Assembly (NCBI GenBank): GCA_965153355.1
Contig: OZ231126.1
Span: forward strand, 45,508,001 to 45,572,000
DNA: 64,000 nucleotides
Direction of reading: 5' to 3'
From: Flaccisagitta enflata
Lineage: Eukaryota
Shown piece after piece: positions 1-13,798 of the stretch. The position numbers and the translations under genes are program-made. Every line of letters starts with the position of its first letter. Position 1 is the first letter of the stretch. The notes beneath the pieces were generated by a model that ran no database searches, had not been told where the DNA came from, and saw only the letters and a list, made by a program, of their open reading frames with translations.

Positions 1-1029
1 GTGCCGGTGGTGGATCCGGCGATGCCTCCGTTAGAGCCGGCGGTGCCGGTGGTGCCGGTGGCGGATGACGGTGGTGGGGGCGCGGTGGAGGAAGAGGATG
101 GGGGGCAGGAGGCGGCGCGGCTACTGGAGGAGGAGAAGAAGCGGAAGAAGGCGGTGAGGCGGACGGCGCGGCGGAAGCGGTCGAAGTTGGCGGCGAAGGC
201 GAAGTTGGAGGAGGTGCTGCGTGCGGAGCAAGAGCGGGTGCGCCTGGAGGATGAGCAGCAGCGCCAGGCAGAGGAGCAGAGGCTGCGGGAGGAGGAGCAG
301 CGGCGCTTGGCGGAGCAGCAACGTCTGGACGGGGAGCGTCGTCGCCGGGAGGAGGAGGCTGCGAAGGAGGTGGCGCGATTGGAGCGCTCTCTACGAGAGG
401 CCCGGAATCAGCAGGTGCAGATTCGGCAGGGAGGCCATAGCCGGTCTTCTTCGCAGGGGTCTGGCCGGGTTGGTGGTCGGGTTGGCGGTGATGGTGGTGG
501 TGGCTCTGGTGGCGGCGGCGGGGGTCATTACGGTGGTGGCGGTGGTGGTCATCATGGTGGTGGCGGTGGTGGTCATCATGGTGGTGGCGGTGGTGGTCAT
601 CGTGGCGGTGGTGGTCATCGTGGTGGTGGAGGCGGCGGGTTTCAGCGTGGTGGTGGTTTCCATCGTGGAGGTGGAGGCGGTGGGTCCCAGCGTGGTGGTG
701 GCGGTGGTGGTCGGCCTTGGGTGGAGAGGGGGCATTGTGGCTTCCGCGTGCCTGACCAACCATCGTCGTCGTCGGCGCGGCCGCCAGCCTCTCCATCGTT
801 GAACTCGTCTTTCGCTTCTTCTTCTTCTTCTACCTTTTCCGAGCAAGAGATGCAGATTGCGTTGGCATTTGCTTCTGGTATGCGGCATGCGGGGGACCGG
901 TCGCGCAGTGGTGAGCGGGTTGAGGAGCCGTTGGCGACCTCTTCCCCTGCTGCGTGGAGGCCTTCCCGTTCTTCTGATCGGGGTGGTGATGGTCGGCGCG
1001 GGGGCCCGCCGCCGTCTTTTCGGCGTTAG
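1..1029 (+). CDS. 5'-open GC-rich ORF, unknown low-complexity protein (basic patch, E/R/Q coiled coil, Gly/His and RGG-rich tract, Ser/Pro tail)
   Basis: 342 stop-free codons running off the left edge, ending TAG at 1027-1029; GC-rich island in AT-rich DNA; non-repetitive coiled-coil segment; no recognisable family. Confidence 0.5.
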   Translation: MPVVDPAMPPLEPAVPVVPVADDGGGGAVEEEDGGQEAARLLEEEKKRKKAVRRTARRKRSKLAAKAKLEEVLRAEQERVRLEDEQQRQAEEQRLREEEQRRLAEQQRLDGERRRREEEAAKEVARLERSLREARNQQVQIRQGGHSRSSSQGSGRVGGRVGGDGGGGSGGGGGGHYGGGGGGHHGGGGGGHHGGGGGGHRGGGGHRGGGGGGFQRGGGFHRGGGGGGSQRGGGGGGRPWVERGHCGFRVPDQPSSSSARPPASPSLNSSFASSSSSTFSEQEMQIALAFASGMRHAGDRSRSGERVEEPLATSSPAAWRPSRSSDRGGDGRRGGPPPSFRR

Positions 1030-1829
1030 CGGGCTGTTCCCGCTGTCCGTCCGTCCATCCGTTTTTTCCGTCGATTACAGGTGGGAGTTGTTGTTTTTTC
1101 TTGAGGTGGGACAATGTACTGAGTTTGATTGGTTTGAAGTGGGCTTCAAACGGGCGGACTGTGGAATATCGCACTGAATTTTACTAGTTTTGTGATTATT
1201 TGTAGCTGCATATTTCTTTGATTCGCCCTGTTTTTTGCCCATTTTGTGGATTTATATTATTGCTGATTTTTCTTTCTTTAGATCAGTGATAATGTTATTC
1301 GCTCTTCATTCATGATCAATCTTGGGGTGCGTTTCCTTACCTGGTGAGTTGTGATTGGACTCGGTTGGTTGGTCAGTTGGTCGGCTTGGTTGGTTGGTCA
1401 GTTGGTCGGTTGGTGATGTTTAGTTATTTAGTTATTTAGTTATTGAGGATGTGAGTTATTGAGTTATTCAGATTGATAGGTTGATAGGTTAACCCTTTTC
1501 TTCTCTTTTCCCCTCTCCCTTTTCCTATCTATTTCAGCGTTTTTATACCCCTTTCAACCATAGAAGATATTTTGATGGCGACGACGAAAGACTCTATCCG
1601 CATGGAGGCGCAATGACTTTCTTTGGATTTCGTTGGAGTTGACGTTGTTGGCGTGGCGCGTGGCGTGGCTTCGAGAGGATTGGCGCGGTCGTGACGCAGC
1701 GACCGACGGACCGATTCATCGTCCTCGACGTCAGCGCATAGGTACTTTGACGGTTGGAGATAGTGTTCTACGCGGTTCTTTACACACGGTGGCTAAAAAT
1801 TAAAAGTCACATCAGATCATCAGTTAAGA

Positions 1830-1877
<48 letters not shown>

Positions 1878-3115
1878 ACAATTCGTAATTAATGGGAAAT
1901 ACATTTACAAACAGACCATTGTCCAATTCTTTATCATTCCACCTCAAAATTGTGTGCTGAATGCCGGAAAACCGTCGCGAAAAATTTTTAGCTGTAATAT
2001 TTTCGTCCATCGCCCTCTGCACCCAAGGTATTAAAAATGCAAATCAGTTTTGAGCATAAAGGAGTCACTTTGATGATTAATGTCTGTTGAGACCCTTACA
2101 ATCGATATCAATGTATACAATAATAAGCTTTTGAACAATTTGGTTGTTTGGTCTGACAATATCCAGTCCCTACTGGAGGGTATGCTGGAATGGGTCGTCA
2201 ACTGCATCTTCTTTACTCTTGAAGGTGCCTTGTCAGATTCTTTTTTGCGTGAAAGTGATATAGTTTCATGGATAGGTATCTGTTTTTATGTTGTATATGC
2301 CTGGATGAGCGCTTCAGATAATCAGTATGCTCCAGCACCTCATCCACCGCTTCTTACAGGGTAATAAAAGCGAACTAGTTAGTGTGCATCAGAACCTGCA
2401 GCGTTAGTAAGATTGCTGCAAACCTCACGATGATTTTGCATGTTAGATTGGAGAGTTTCTGGATCAATCCCACAGCGCAAAAGATTCTTCATGATTGCCC
2501 ACATGCCTAAGCATTAAGTCATCAGTCCCATTTTTGGGCAATAGCTGTAGGACACGGGTGAATTTCAAGACATCCGTCCACCTTAATACTATTGGGTCAA
2601 ATCAGCACTCTCAGGCCTGATTTTGGCCCTCATGCCCTCAAATCAGCTTTCCAGACCTCATATCTGCCCCCAAGACCGCAAATCAGCCCTCCAGGCCTCA
2701 AATCAGCTTTAATAACTCAAATCTCTCTTTTAGGCCCCAAGCCTGACGCCTGATCTCAAATCTGCTCTTCAGGCCAAACCAGTCGCACAAGGGCAATATG
2801 TGGTCAGCAATACCCCTTCCCCTGTTTTTCATGATTGTGAATTTGAGAGGGGGAAGCAGGGATCCATGAACTGAGGGCTGAGGGGGCAAATTTGAAGCCA
2901 AAAGAGGATGATTAGAGGCCTCAGAAGGTTTTTTTAAAGGAGTAAGAGGTAGAGTTGGGAGAACTTATGTCGTGACTGTCGGAATCGACAGTCACACCCC
3001 ATAGTGTCGGCTACTCGACCTCATGGTCAAAAACCGTCACGACCTACTGACTGACAGACAAAGGAAAAGGTGAAGAAAAAGAGAGAGACAGGCATTTTAC
3101 TTTTCTTATTCAATT

Positions 3116-3208
<93 letters not shown>

Positions 3209-3447
3209 CCTGGATCACCTACGTTTTTTTTCTTGCTAGCTGTCAAGATTCTCTCCTAGTCCGTTTGTTTCTATCCTTGTTAACAACAATTCCAAACATT
3301 TTTTTTCTCGCAAAAGCACCTCTTTATAAGGTTGTGTCTGTCAGTTGTTTAGTTAGCAAGTTGGTCAGTCGGAAACGCTTTCATTCTACTATCTAAACGG
3401 TGCCAATAATAGCCTACTTAGCCTTGTTTTCTTTTGTTGGACATAAT

Positions 3448-4178
<731 letters not shown>

Positions 4179-4479
4179 GACATAATCATATCATGAGGCT
4201 TTTTAACAAGGCAAGATACACGACCAGTTAGCAGTCGGTTGCGTGTGGGCAGAGGCTAATTTGAGGCTGGACAGGAGCGGTACATGGTAGAGCAGGGGCT
4301 GTGATGTGGCAATGAGTATGTCTTACAGTCTGCTTCATAATGTCGAAACGAAACTGAAATGGCATGTCGGCAACGACATTAAACAGTGACGATGTCAAAA
4401 CTTATAAGAAGACATTTTAGGGAAGCGTAACTTTTGATAACCAATTGGTTTTTACCTAGTGTCGATGATCTCTAGTAAG

Positions 4480-5450
4480 AGGGTTGATTTGAAGCCTGAG
4501 TTGGCTCATTTGAGACCCAAGGCCTGATTTGAGGTCTGTTAGAGCTGATTTGAGGCCTGTGACGGCTGATTTGAGTCCTGTGAAGGCTGAGTTGAGGTAT
4601 AAGAGGTCAAATTTCAAGCCTGAGAGGCCTGATTTGAGGCCTGAGAGGCCTGATTGGAGGCCTGAGAGCCCTGATTTAAGGCCTGAGAGCCCTGATTTAA
4701 GGCCTGAGAGGTTTGATTTAAGGCCTGGGAGGCCTGATTTAAGGCCTGAGAGGCCCCTATGTGAGTGTATATGGGTGTAAGGTGGTTAGAGGGGCAGCGG
4801 CCCGAAAGGGGCCGATGACCAATGCTGTTTTTATTTGAGCCTCAAGGATGGAATTAGGGCCTAGAGGCTGGAATTGGGGCCTTGAGACTTGGATTTCAGC
4901 TTCAAGGCTGAAATTTGAGCTTCGAGGCAGGGATTTGAGCTTTGAGGTTGGGATTTGAGCTTCGGGGCAGGGATTTGAGCTTGGAAGCTGGTATTTGAGC
5001 TTCGAGGCTAGGATTTGAGCTTCAAGGCTGGGATTTGAGCCTAAGGGCTGGGATTTTAGCCTGGAGGCTGGGATTTTAGCCTGGAGACTGAGATTTGGGC
5101 CTCAAGGCTGGGATTTGAGCTTCGAAGTGGGGATTTGATCCTCAAAGCTAGGATTTGGGTCTCGAGACTAGGATTCGGGCGTTGAGGGGGGGGAGAAGGA
5201 GAAGAAGAAGAAGGAGAAATTTCCCCAATGTGTGAAAGCATAGGTCATCGGCCCCTTCGGTGCCGCTGCCCAAAAACAAACAAAGAAACAAAAGTCCCCC
5301 TGTGTTCTACAGGACTTCATCCCCTCCGGGGCTGCTGCCCAAAAATAAGTCCCCAAATCAGCCCTCCAGGCCTCAAATCAGCTTTCAAAACCTCAAATCT
5401 GCCCTTTAAACCTCAAGCCTGGCGCCTGATCTCAAATTTGCTCTTCTGGC
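4480..5450. mobile_element. Nested copies of repeat family 2 (GGGCAGCGGCCCC-ended, 20/21-bp internal minisatellites)
   Basis: 21-bp AGGCCTGAGAGGCCTGATTTG-type array, then an inner element about 4792-5270 bounded by inverted GGGCAGCGGCCC..GGGGCCGATGACC and carrying a 20-bp GAGCTTCAAGGCTGGGATTT array; related pieces at 2590-2900, 6750-7125, 7245-7530, 27290-27720. Confidence 0.7.
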
Positions 5451-5921
5451 CAAAAAAAGGGGATCGTACAACCAACCAACTGATGGACAGACAGACAGAT
5501 GGACAGACATAGCAGGTTGTAGAGTCACGTAGCATGTTAGTAGAAAAAAAAAACAAAAAAAAGAAAAGCAAATATAAAAGAACAAGAACGCTTACACACT
5601 ATACATGGCTAGCCCATTTGTGTGCGGGAGGGCAGGGGCAGTATTTGAGGTCATTAAGGCATTTGGACAGGAGCCTTGAGGCCTTTGACTAAAAAAACAC
5701 CAAAAAAGTGCAATGTGATGGACCAATGGTTAGATAGACTGACAGACCGATGGACCAACACATCAAGGTAGAAAATTGTGTATACGCTGCCAAAAAATGC
5801 AATGATTAGCACGCAACATTTTGGTCTCATTTCAGAATGGCGACTAGGCATGTATACAGGCCTGAAAACAGCTTGTCTGTGCGCTGGGTGCACGCAGTTT
5901 TACCATCTAGTACCGTCTAGA

Positions 5922-6128
5922 TCAAGGCCGGATGCATGGCTACCCCAGTTGCGTGCAGGTGGGCAGGGGCCATGTTTGATGTCATTAGACCACTTGGGTA
6001 TGAGCCGAGAGGGCAAAGAATAAAGATCATAAAAAATGTAAAATGTGACCGGCCAACAAACCAACCGATGGAAGGACAGATGGACTATGGGGGGCTTAGA
6101 GTCGCGTACAACTCGACTAAAAAAAAAA
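5922..6128 (-). mobile_element. HINE/Helentron-like family 1 copy
   Basis: Reverse-complement match to the intact copy at 38728-38927. Confidence 0.7.
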
Positions 6129-8016
6129 GCCGCACCCTATTTTGAGTTGATGAACAAGAAAAAAAAATCATTTCAACATTTTTCTGTTGAAGTGAATTGA
6201 AAGATTTTCGAATTTTCTTTTATTCTAGACCAATCCCAGGTCTGTATCTCGAACGGTTTAGGAGCTAGAGCTTGTCAAAGTTATCTTCTAATTTGTAAAA
6301 AATGCTGAATTTTCCATGGGATTGCAAACTGATAATTTTTACTCATTTTCAAGCCATTTCTAAACGAATAAAGCTAGAATTCCCAGATTGGATCCAAATC
6401 AAAGATCTTTCCAAGAGCTTTTTAAAGGTCTAAGATTTTAATAAGTTTTTTTAAAATTGAGTATCACAATTTACCATTTAAAAGTGCGGCTTTTTTATTG
6501 AGTCCAGTTGTAGCACGCGACTAAAAAGTGCCATGTTAATTTAGACCAATCTGCCCATTTTTGACTGATTTTATAAAGAAATAACATCGATTTAAATTAA
6601 CAGAGGTCAGTTTATTAATTTTTTCAGAAACCTCACATGGGGTAAATCACATTTTTACCCAAAACTATGTGGAAGCTTAACTGCTAGAGCCAGAGCTATG
6701 AAATTTTGCATAAATAAAGGTTTTGCTGGTATCAGTTGCTTTTGATTTCAGGGTTGGCCTGGAATCTGCTCTCTCAAGCCTGAAATCTGCCCTCTCAGCC
6801 CTGTAATCTGCCCGGAATAAGCCTGAAATCTGCCCTCCCAAGCCAAAAGTCTGCCATCTTGGACATAAAATCTGCTCTCTCAGGCCTAAAATCCTCCATC
6901 TGAAAACTGAAATCTGCCCTCTAAGCCCTGAAATCAGCCCTTCCAGGCCTACTATCAGTCTTCTCAAGCTTCTAATCAGTCCTTAGGACAAACAGACGGA
7001 TGAAAGTCCCCCAGTGTTCTACAGGACTTTGTTCCCTTTGGACCACTGCCCTGCTTCCCCCTACTCAAATTCACAACCATGCAAAGCAGGGCAATGGGTA
7101 TTGCTGACCACAAATTGCCCTTGAGCATGCGAATACAACATGTTTTGTCCAACGGCCCGTTGATCAGTCCATCCATCAAACATTACTTGCATGACATTTA
7201 CAGACAGTCATTGCCTTATTGCTCCTACCTACTTGGTTAGCCTTTTTGAGCAGCGGCCAAGAGGCTCAAATTCCAACTAAGAGGCTCAAATTCCATCCTC
7301 AAGGCTCAACTACCAGCCTCAAGGCTCAAATACCACCCTCAAGGCTCAAATACTAGCCTCAAGGATCAAATACCAGCCTCGAGGCTCAAATACCAGCCTC
7401 AAGGCTCAAACACCAGCCTCAAGGCTTAAATACCAGCCTTACGGCTCAAAACTAACCTTTCAGGTTCAGCTCTCATCCTTGAGGCTTTAGACTCACTAAG
7501 CATAGGTCATCGGCCCCTTTGGGGCCGCTACCCCTCTCACTGCCACATATCCATCTATACTCATATAGGGGCCATTTATTACTACCCCTGCCCACCAGCA
7601 CACAATTTGGATAGCCATGTATCCGGCCTGATTTGTTGAGGAAAAAACAAACAGAAGGGACTCATATTTTGCCATTTTGACCATTTGGGCCCTTGAGGGG
7701 CCCCTAAAGGACCCCTCAGGGGCCCTCATCCTGAATATTTCCATGATCCATCTTTGATTTTTAAATATCTTCCAAACGAGACCAATACCAAGTTTTTTTT
7801 TCAACCCGTTTAGAAACAATAAAGAAAATAAAGTAAACAATTATTTTCCTATTTCCATCATCGAGAAGGCTGTAAAGATCAGCAGACTAACGAAAATATT
7901 ACAGCTAAAAATATTTCGCGACGGTTTTCCGGCATTTAGCACACAATTATGGGTTGAAATGACCAAGGATTGGACGATGGTCTGTTTGTATATGTACTTC
8001 CCATTAAATACGAATC

Positions 8017-8086
<70 letters not shown>

Positions 8087-8425
8087 AGAAACGGAAACAG
8101 CCATAACTAAAAGAGATGGACAACTTTTTCTCAGTTCTTTGTGCTGTATCCTTGTATGATGCTAACGCCTAAAAGTGAGAGGGCGTCGACACAATCTTAC
8201 GTCTTCTCCTCCTCCTCTTCTGCCTCCTCTACCTCCTCCAACACTTCCACCTCCAACCGTGGTTCACTTCGTCATGGGACACATAAATCATGCATCAACG
8301 AACCAACGGACCGACCAAGATACACTCCTGTCAAAAGAGGGTCTCTCAAGGTATCGATTCCGTTATCAGATCCCACAGGCTGCGAGATTGAGACAGAGTG
8401 GGCAAAGACACAAACATGGACAAAG

Positions 8426-8534
<109 letters not shown>

Positions 8535-9316
8535 AGAGAAAGAGAGAGACAGAGACAGAGAGAGAGAGAGACAGAGAGAGAGAGAGAGACAGAGAGAGAC
8601 GGAGGGACACAAAAGTCAGGAAGACAGAGTGAAAGTGACACAAGACAAAGATAGTGAAAAAAGTAACATTCAGAAATAAGAGAGAGAGACAGAACGCCAT
8701 GCTATCTGCTTTACGAAAATAGGGTTGGCGGTCGTTGTTTGCGCTCGCAGCTCCAAGAGGCTTAATTGCTATCTGCAATCAAAACCCGGAAACCCTCGCG
8801 CCCATTTGTCAAAGTCTGGACAACCTCTTCGACGCTTTTGATGATATTTAGCCAAGATACTCGAGAGCGCTGCTCCTCCTTTTTCGTTGTACTTGTGCCG
8901 AATGCTCTTCTTATCACTTTCAAAACTCCTCTCTCCTCTCTCCTCTCCTTTTCTCTTCACTTCTCTCGTACCCTTTCTATCCTCTTAACTATCCCCATCA
9001 ACCCTCCTCTCTCTTCTAATCTTTCAACGCCTTCCTCTTTTCCCTTCCATTTTGTTCATCCGTTTTCTTCCCCACTAAACGCCCTCTACCCCTCCCTTCT
9101 CCACCCCCCCTCTCTCCTTCAATACTTTTTCTGAACGACGTTAAAATCCAACTAAAGAAAATCCTTGTAAATTCCTAAATCCAATGTAAATCATGTAAAA
9201 TTAGGATGACATGAAAAATCGATCAGCAAAACTATGAAACCTTAGTGACGTCTCCTACAAAGCAAATTCTAATGATTTTCTTGTCCTCCCCTTAATCTTA
9301 AGATTCCCTAGGAGAT

Positions 9317-9450
<134 letters not shown>

Positions 9451-9912
9451 GCTCATCCTCACCCCCACCTCCACATCCCCTGCCTTTCTTCATTTCTTTC
9501 TTTTGTTCCAATAGGGTTTCCTCCAATTCCTCCATCGATTAAGAGTCCGAGAGGAAAGAAAATGGCATGTTTAAACTTTAAGCTTTGGCAAATGCGACTT
9601 ATCTGCCAGGCTGCCTCTGCTGTCCTTTCGCCCACATCTTAACCCTACATCTCGCCCAACATATTTCTCTCTCTCAACTTATTCTCTCTCCCTCTCTCTC
9701 TCTCTCAACTTAATTTTTCTCTCTACTTAAGGCTAATTTTTAAGAGAAGATTTTTACTGATGATTTTAAAGCATGAAGACTGTTCTACGCATTGACATTT
9801 CTGCACATGTACATGCTACAAGACTCTTTCTTGGCTAACTAAGAAGCTGATTTTCATACATCCTCGTTCTCCTCCCTTTTCATCTCATTCTTCCAATGAT
9901 GCATTGCAATTA

Positions 9913-10098
9913 CAGTTGAGCTTCGCTGGAATACATGTTCAAGGTCTGAGACTGAAACAAACTGAGACTGAGACTGAAAAAGAAGCTGTGTTATTGCCAA
10001 TATAGAAATGATCATAAAATCTCTCATAGGACTATAAGTTGTATGCCTTATATGCGGGCATGCCTAATCAGCGAGAGCACTCTAGTAGTGCTCCACTG
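9913..10098. mobile_element. Tc1/mariner (pogo/Tigger-like) MITE
   Basis: TA|CAGT...ACTG|TA ends; reverse-oriented homolog at 57174-57331. Confidence 0.75.
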
Positions 10099-10349
10099 TA
10101 CCTTTGTGATTCGTTTACTAGTCTCACTGTCACAGAGTCCAATACTTTTCTCTCAACGGGTTGAACAGATACTTTGTTTATTTGGTTCAACTTTGTCATC
10201 GATCGCCCGGTTTGCCCCTATTATTCTATCACCATCCCCTCTAATAGTAATTGTGACCATATCCGCGCCTTTGTCATTGCTCTCTCTTTGCCTCGGCGTT
10301 GTCATCCATTCCTTGTCGGCGCCCCGTGCGAGCGGCGTCCTCGGCGTCC

Positions 10350-10446
<97 letters not shown>

Positions 10447-11060
10447 ATCGCCGTTGCCGTCGCCGCCAAAAGCGGCTCTGAAAAGGACAACAAATGATGC
10501 ATGGTCTCTTCTTCCACATGGACACCAACAACGTCCGCTTTTCTATCCAAGTATACCATCTTTAGTCTATCTGGGCTCTCTCTCTCTGTAATTCTATCTT
10601 TCTGTTCATCTGCCCCTTTATAATTCTCTGATTTTGTCTCTCTCATATTCTGTCCTTCTGCCTTTCTGTCTTTTTGCCTTTCTGTCCTTCTCTCATTCCG
10701 TCCTTTTGTCTTGATATCATTCTGTCTTTCTGTTTTTCAGCCCGACGGACGGACTGGGCGTCTTGTAGATTCGCAAGTCCGCGATCAGAAAGTGCAGGTT
10801 GATATAGAAAATTGAAAAAGAGAATCATCAGTTTTGTTACTTCCTCTATTTTTGCCTAAAACTGAGGAACTATCATCGCTTTCGACGTCGAGTCAACCCC
10901 TATTGTCGAGGCAATTTCGTTTCTCTTTCTTTTCGTTTCTTCATCATTTCGCAATACATGAAATCTTTTATAAGTCACTCCTCGTGGCAAAGTTCTCGTC
11001 ATCTAGACTGTCAAATTCATTTCTCTATAAATATTTCGCCAAAATCGAAATTTGAAAGCA

Positions 11061-11071
11061 CCTTTTTTTTC
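11061..11071 (+). promoter_or_regulatory. Candidate 5'-TOP/TCT-like pyrimidine start tract
   Basis: CC-T8-C pyrimidine tract about 15 nt upstream of the RPLP1-like ATG; ribosomal protein mRNAs typically start in such tracts. Confidence 0.35.
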
Positions 11072-11085
11072 AAACCAACGAGAAA

Positions 11086-11143
11086 ATGGCGTCCAATGAC
11101 GAGTTAGCCTGCATCTACGCGGCTTTAATCCTTCATGATGACG
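11086..11143 (+). CDS. RPLP1: 60S acidic ribosomal protein P1-like, exon 1
   Basis: ATG at 11086; MASNDELACIYAALILHDD(G) matches the P1 N-terminus; phase-1 donor G|GTAAAT at 11144. Confidence 0.93.
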
Positions 11144-11356
11144 GTAAATGTTAATTTACTCAAACAAATTTCCAAGTTGTATTTGCATTTGTTCTGCACT
11201 CAAATTTGCAGCGGAGACGTAGTTTAATTCTGTCCGTCTGTCCGCCCGTCCGTAAATACTGCCCCAGCTAAGGCCAGTTCAACCGCACACGATCATTTTG
11301 AGGGTACTAGAAGGGTACATTTCTTTTTTTGAAAAGTTAGTTCATGTGTATTTCAG

Positions 11357-11515
11357 GTATTCCCATCACGGCTGACAAAATCACGACCATTCTAAAAGCT
11401 GCTAACGTAAGCGTGGAGCCGTACTGGCCCACCCTCTTCGCCAAAGCTCTCGAGGGCACGGACATTGGGGCACTTCTCGGATCCCTTGGGTCTGCAGCTT
11501 CGATTGTCAGCGCCG
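11357..11515 (+). CDS. RPLP1: 60S acidic ribosomal protein P1-like, exon 2
   Basis: TTTCAG acceptor; [34 protein letters not shown] is the P1 core; donor G|GTAAG at 11516; 159 nt, phase 1-1. Confidence 0.95.
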
Positions 11516-13631
11516 GTAAGAGCCTATAGAAAGTATGATAAGAACGGCAACAATTGTTGAAATATGCAGCATTCTGATAGAAGCTCCGACAAAAACATGA
11601 AAGCTCTTCGTTACTTGACTCTCGCTTTAAGAAATTTTGGAAAACAATCTATCCTAGTCCGCCATGGGCGGAGTTCAAAACAGGCAAAAGTTTGTAATCG
11701 ACGGGTCTGTAAGAGCGGGGTTGAACTTTGTTTCCAGTTGCGTGCACGCGACTCTACCAATAAAGGCGTCTCTCGCCGTAGGAAAAAAGTCGTAAGTGCG
11801 AGGTTTTGGAATTTTTTGTGATTGTGTTTTATCTGGTTGATTGGATTTTTATTCTCCACGCATCTTTTTGGTTTGTTCCACTCTCTCCATGTGTTTGTCT
11901 GTTTGTCCTTTGTCTACCCGTCTTTCTCTCTCTCTTTCTCTCTCTCATTCTCATTTTCTCTCTCCTCTTGTCTCTCTCTCTCTCTACCCTTCTCTCACAT
12001 GTGGACAGGTGGACAGAGGCATCCAACCCCCATCCACACCCCAACCCCAACACACAAGCATCTAGACCGCTTGTTTTTCCACTTTTTTACTCGGTTAGAC
12101 AGATGGACCAACAGACAAATGGATGGACTGACTGACAAAGCCTCTCATAGAGTACAGAGTTATAGTTAGAAATGAAGTGAGATTGTGTGACCGACAGAGA
12201 GACAGACAGACAGACAAGAGAGACGAGACGAGGCAAGCAGACAGAAAGACAGAGACAGACAGACAGACTGACCAGCTGACCGACAGAGAGACAGACAGAC
12301 AGAGCACGAGTGATTTGAAAGCTAGCGTCATTTTGACTTATTTCATGTTACATAGGGCCTGAAATAAGGAAGAATGAAAAATAATGATCTTTGGAGAAAT
12401 ATGGAAAAATGCGAAAAAATAAAAAAAGATTCAAAAAATCATAGCTCCAAAACTATCGATCGCACAGAATTCTGCTTGGCGTCATCTGAAAGAGGAGAAT
12501 TAGCTCTTTCTTAGTAGCATGGCTCATGGCATTTATTATATGAGGACATTCAAAGTTTTCCCGTTGTCTGCTGACTCATCAAGCATGCATATGTCCAAAC
12601 TGGGTAAAGAATATCCAATTCATATGTCCCTCAATTAGCTAAGTACAATATTCTGCAATTACGGAAGGAAACTGAAATCTGAAGAAAACATCTTAATTCC
12701 TGTAACTTCCTGGCGCCGGTCTTAAGTTCCCTACTGGGCCACAGCCATGCGGACAAAAATGCGCGGGACAGGGCCCTGTAGATTTAGGCTTAGTTTCTGA
12801 AGGAGATAAATGCCGGGCTGACTCCTCATATAAAATTGTATCATACAAAGCACACAATGAAGAAGTAATCGTAATAGTGACTCCCGGGAAGGAAAAATAC
12901 TCAAGCTATCATAAAAAGTCGATGACGACGTCTATCTCTTCCCCATAGTTTTACGATCTTTGTCTGCAATGGATTTTACCATAACAGTGCAAAGCAAACT
13001 TTTGACAGAGGGCTTTTGATGGAAAAAAACAAAAGACATAAGCATCGCTATTCTTAGCTATGAATTTCAAGCGTAGTCTCATTCGGCCCCAAAAAAATGA
13101 CCAACTTTCCCAAACGCCCCATGAGAAAAAGGGAAATCCAAAAAACTCTGCAGGACTCAAAAAGACCGAAGGGACTTCGTCTCTTCGACTTTTTTCCAAA
13201 CAACCCACTCTCTCCGTCTGTCGGTGTGTCAGTCGGTCTGTCGGAGACACTTAGCTTTTTTTCTTCGTTTTATGCCATTTTAAGTTTTTTAAGTCATTTT
13301 AAGTTATTTAAAGTTAATCTAAGTCAATTTACATTTAGTCTCTTAGTCTTTTAGTCTTATGGTCTTAACAACCGCACGCGACTGTAAGGTGTTGGCCTTG
13401 TTTTAAACAATGTATATATCTTCAGTCGCGAGCGACGCGACTCTACACTCCGCTTTGTCCGTCTGTCGGTTGTTTGGTCACGTTTTACTTTTTTTTATGT
13501 TTTTTCGGTCTTTTGTGTCACTGCTCCTGCCCAAATGCTCTAATGACCGCAATTCATCATTGTTTAATGTTTATTGATTCAGACTTGGAAATATTTTCTC
13601 TGATCTTCAATAAATTCTTGGCCAATTTCAG

Positions 13632-13798
13632 GTAATGTAGGAGGCGCTGTTAACGGCGCGGATGCTGGAACCGATTTAACATCTGCCAAACAAGAAGTCA
13701 AAGAAGTCCAGGAGGAAGAAACTGATGAAGATTCTGACAGTAGTTGTGGTGGCTTTGCTTTATTTGACGACGACGAGCTTTTTAAAAAGTGCTTTTGA
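13632..13798 (+). CDS. RPLP1: 60S acidic ribosomal protein P1-like, exon 3
   Basis: TTTCAG acceptor; phase-compatible; Gly/Ala hinge, acidic tract, then DSDSSCGGFALFDDDELFKKCF*; TGA at 13796-13798; spliced CDS 384 nt = 127 aa; AATAAA at 14178. Confidence 0.88.

Noticed and set aside
121-1177. Overlapping alternative ORFs around the first ORF
   Set aside because: Expected shadow frames of GC-rich low-complexity sequence
8720-8851. Possible terminal exon GWRSLFALAAPRGLIAICNQNPETLAPICQSLDNLFDAFDDI*
   Set aside because: Short, weak acceptor, no recognisable family or partner exon
11516-13631. Intronic snoRNA in the ribosomal protein gene
   Set aside because: No convincing C/D box pair with terminal stem or H/ACA structure visible by eye; a covariance-model search would be needed
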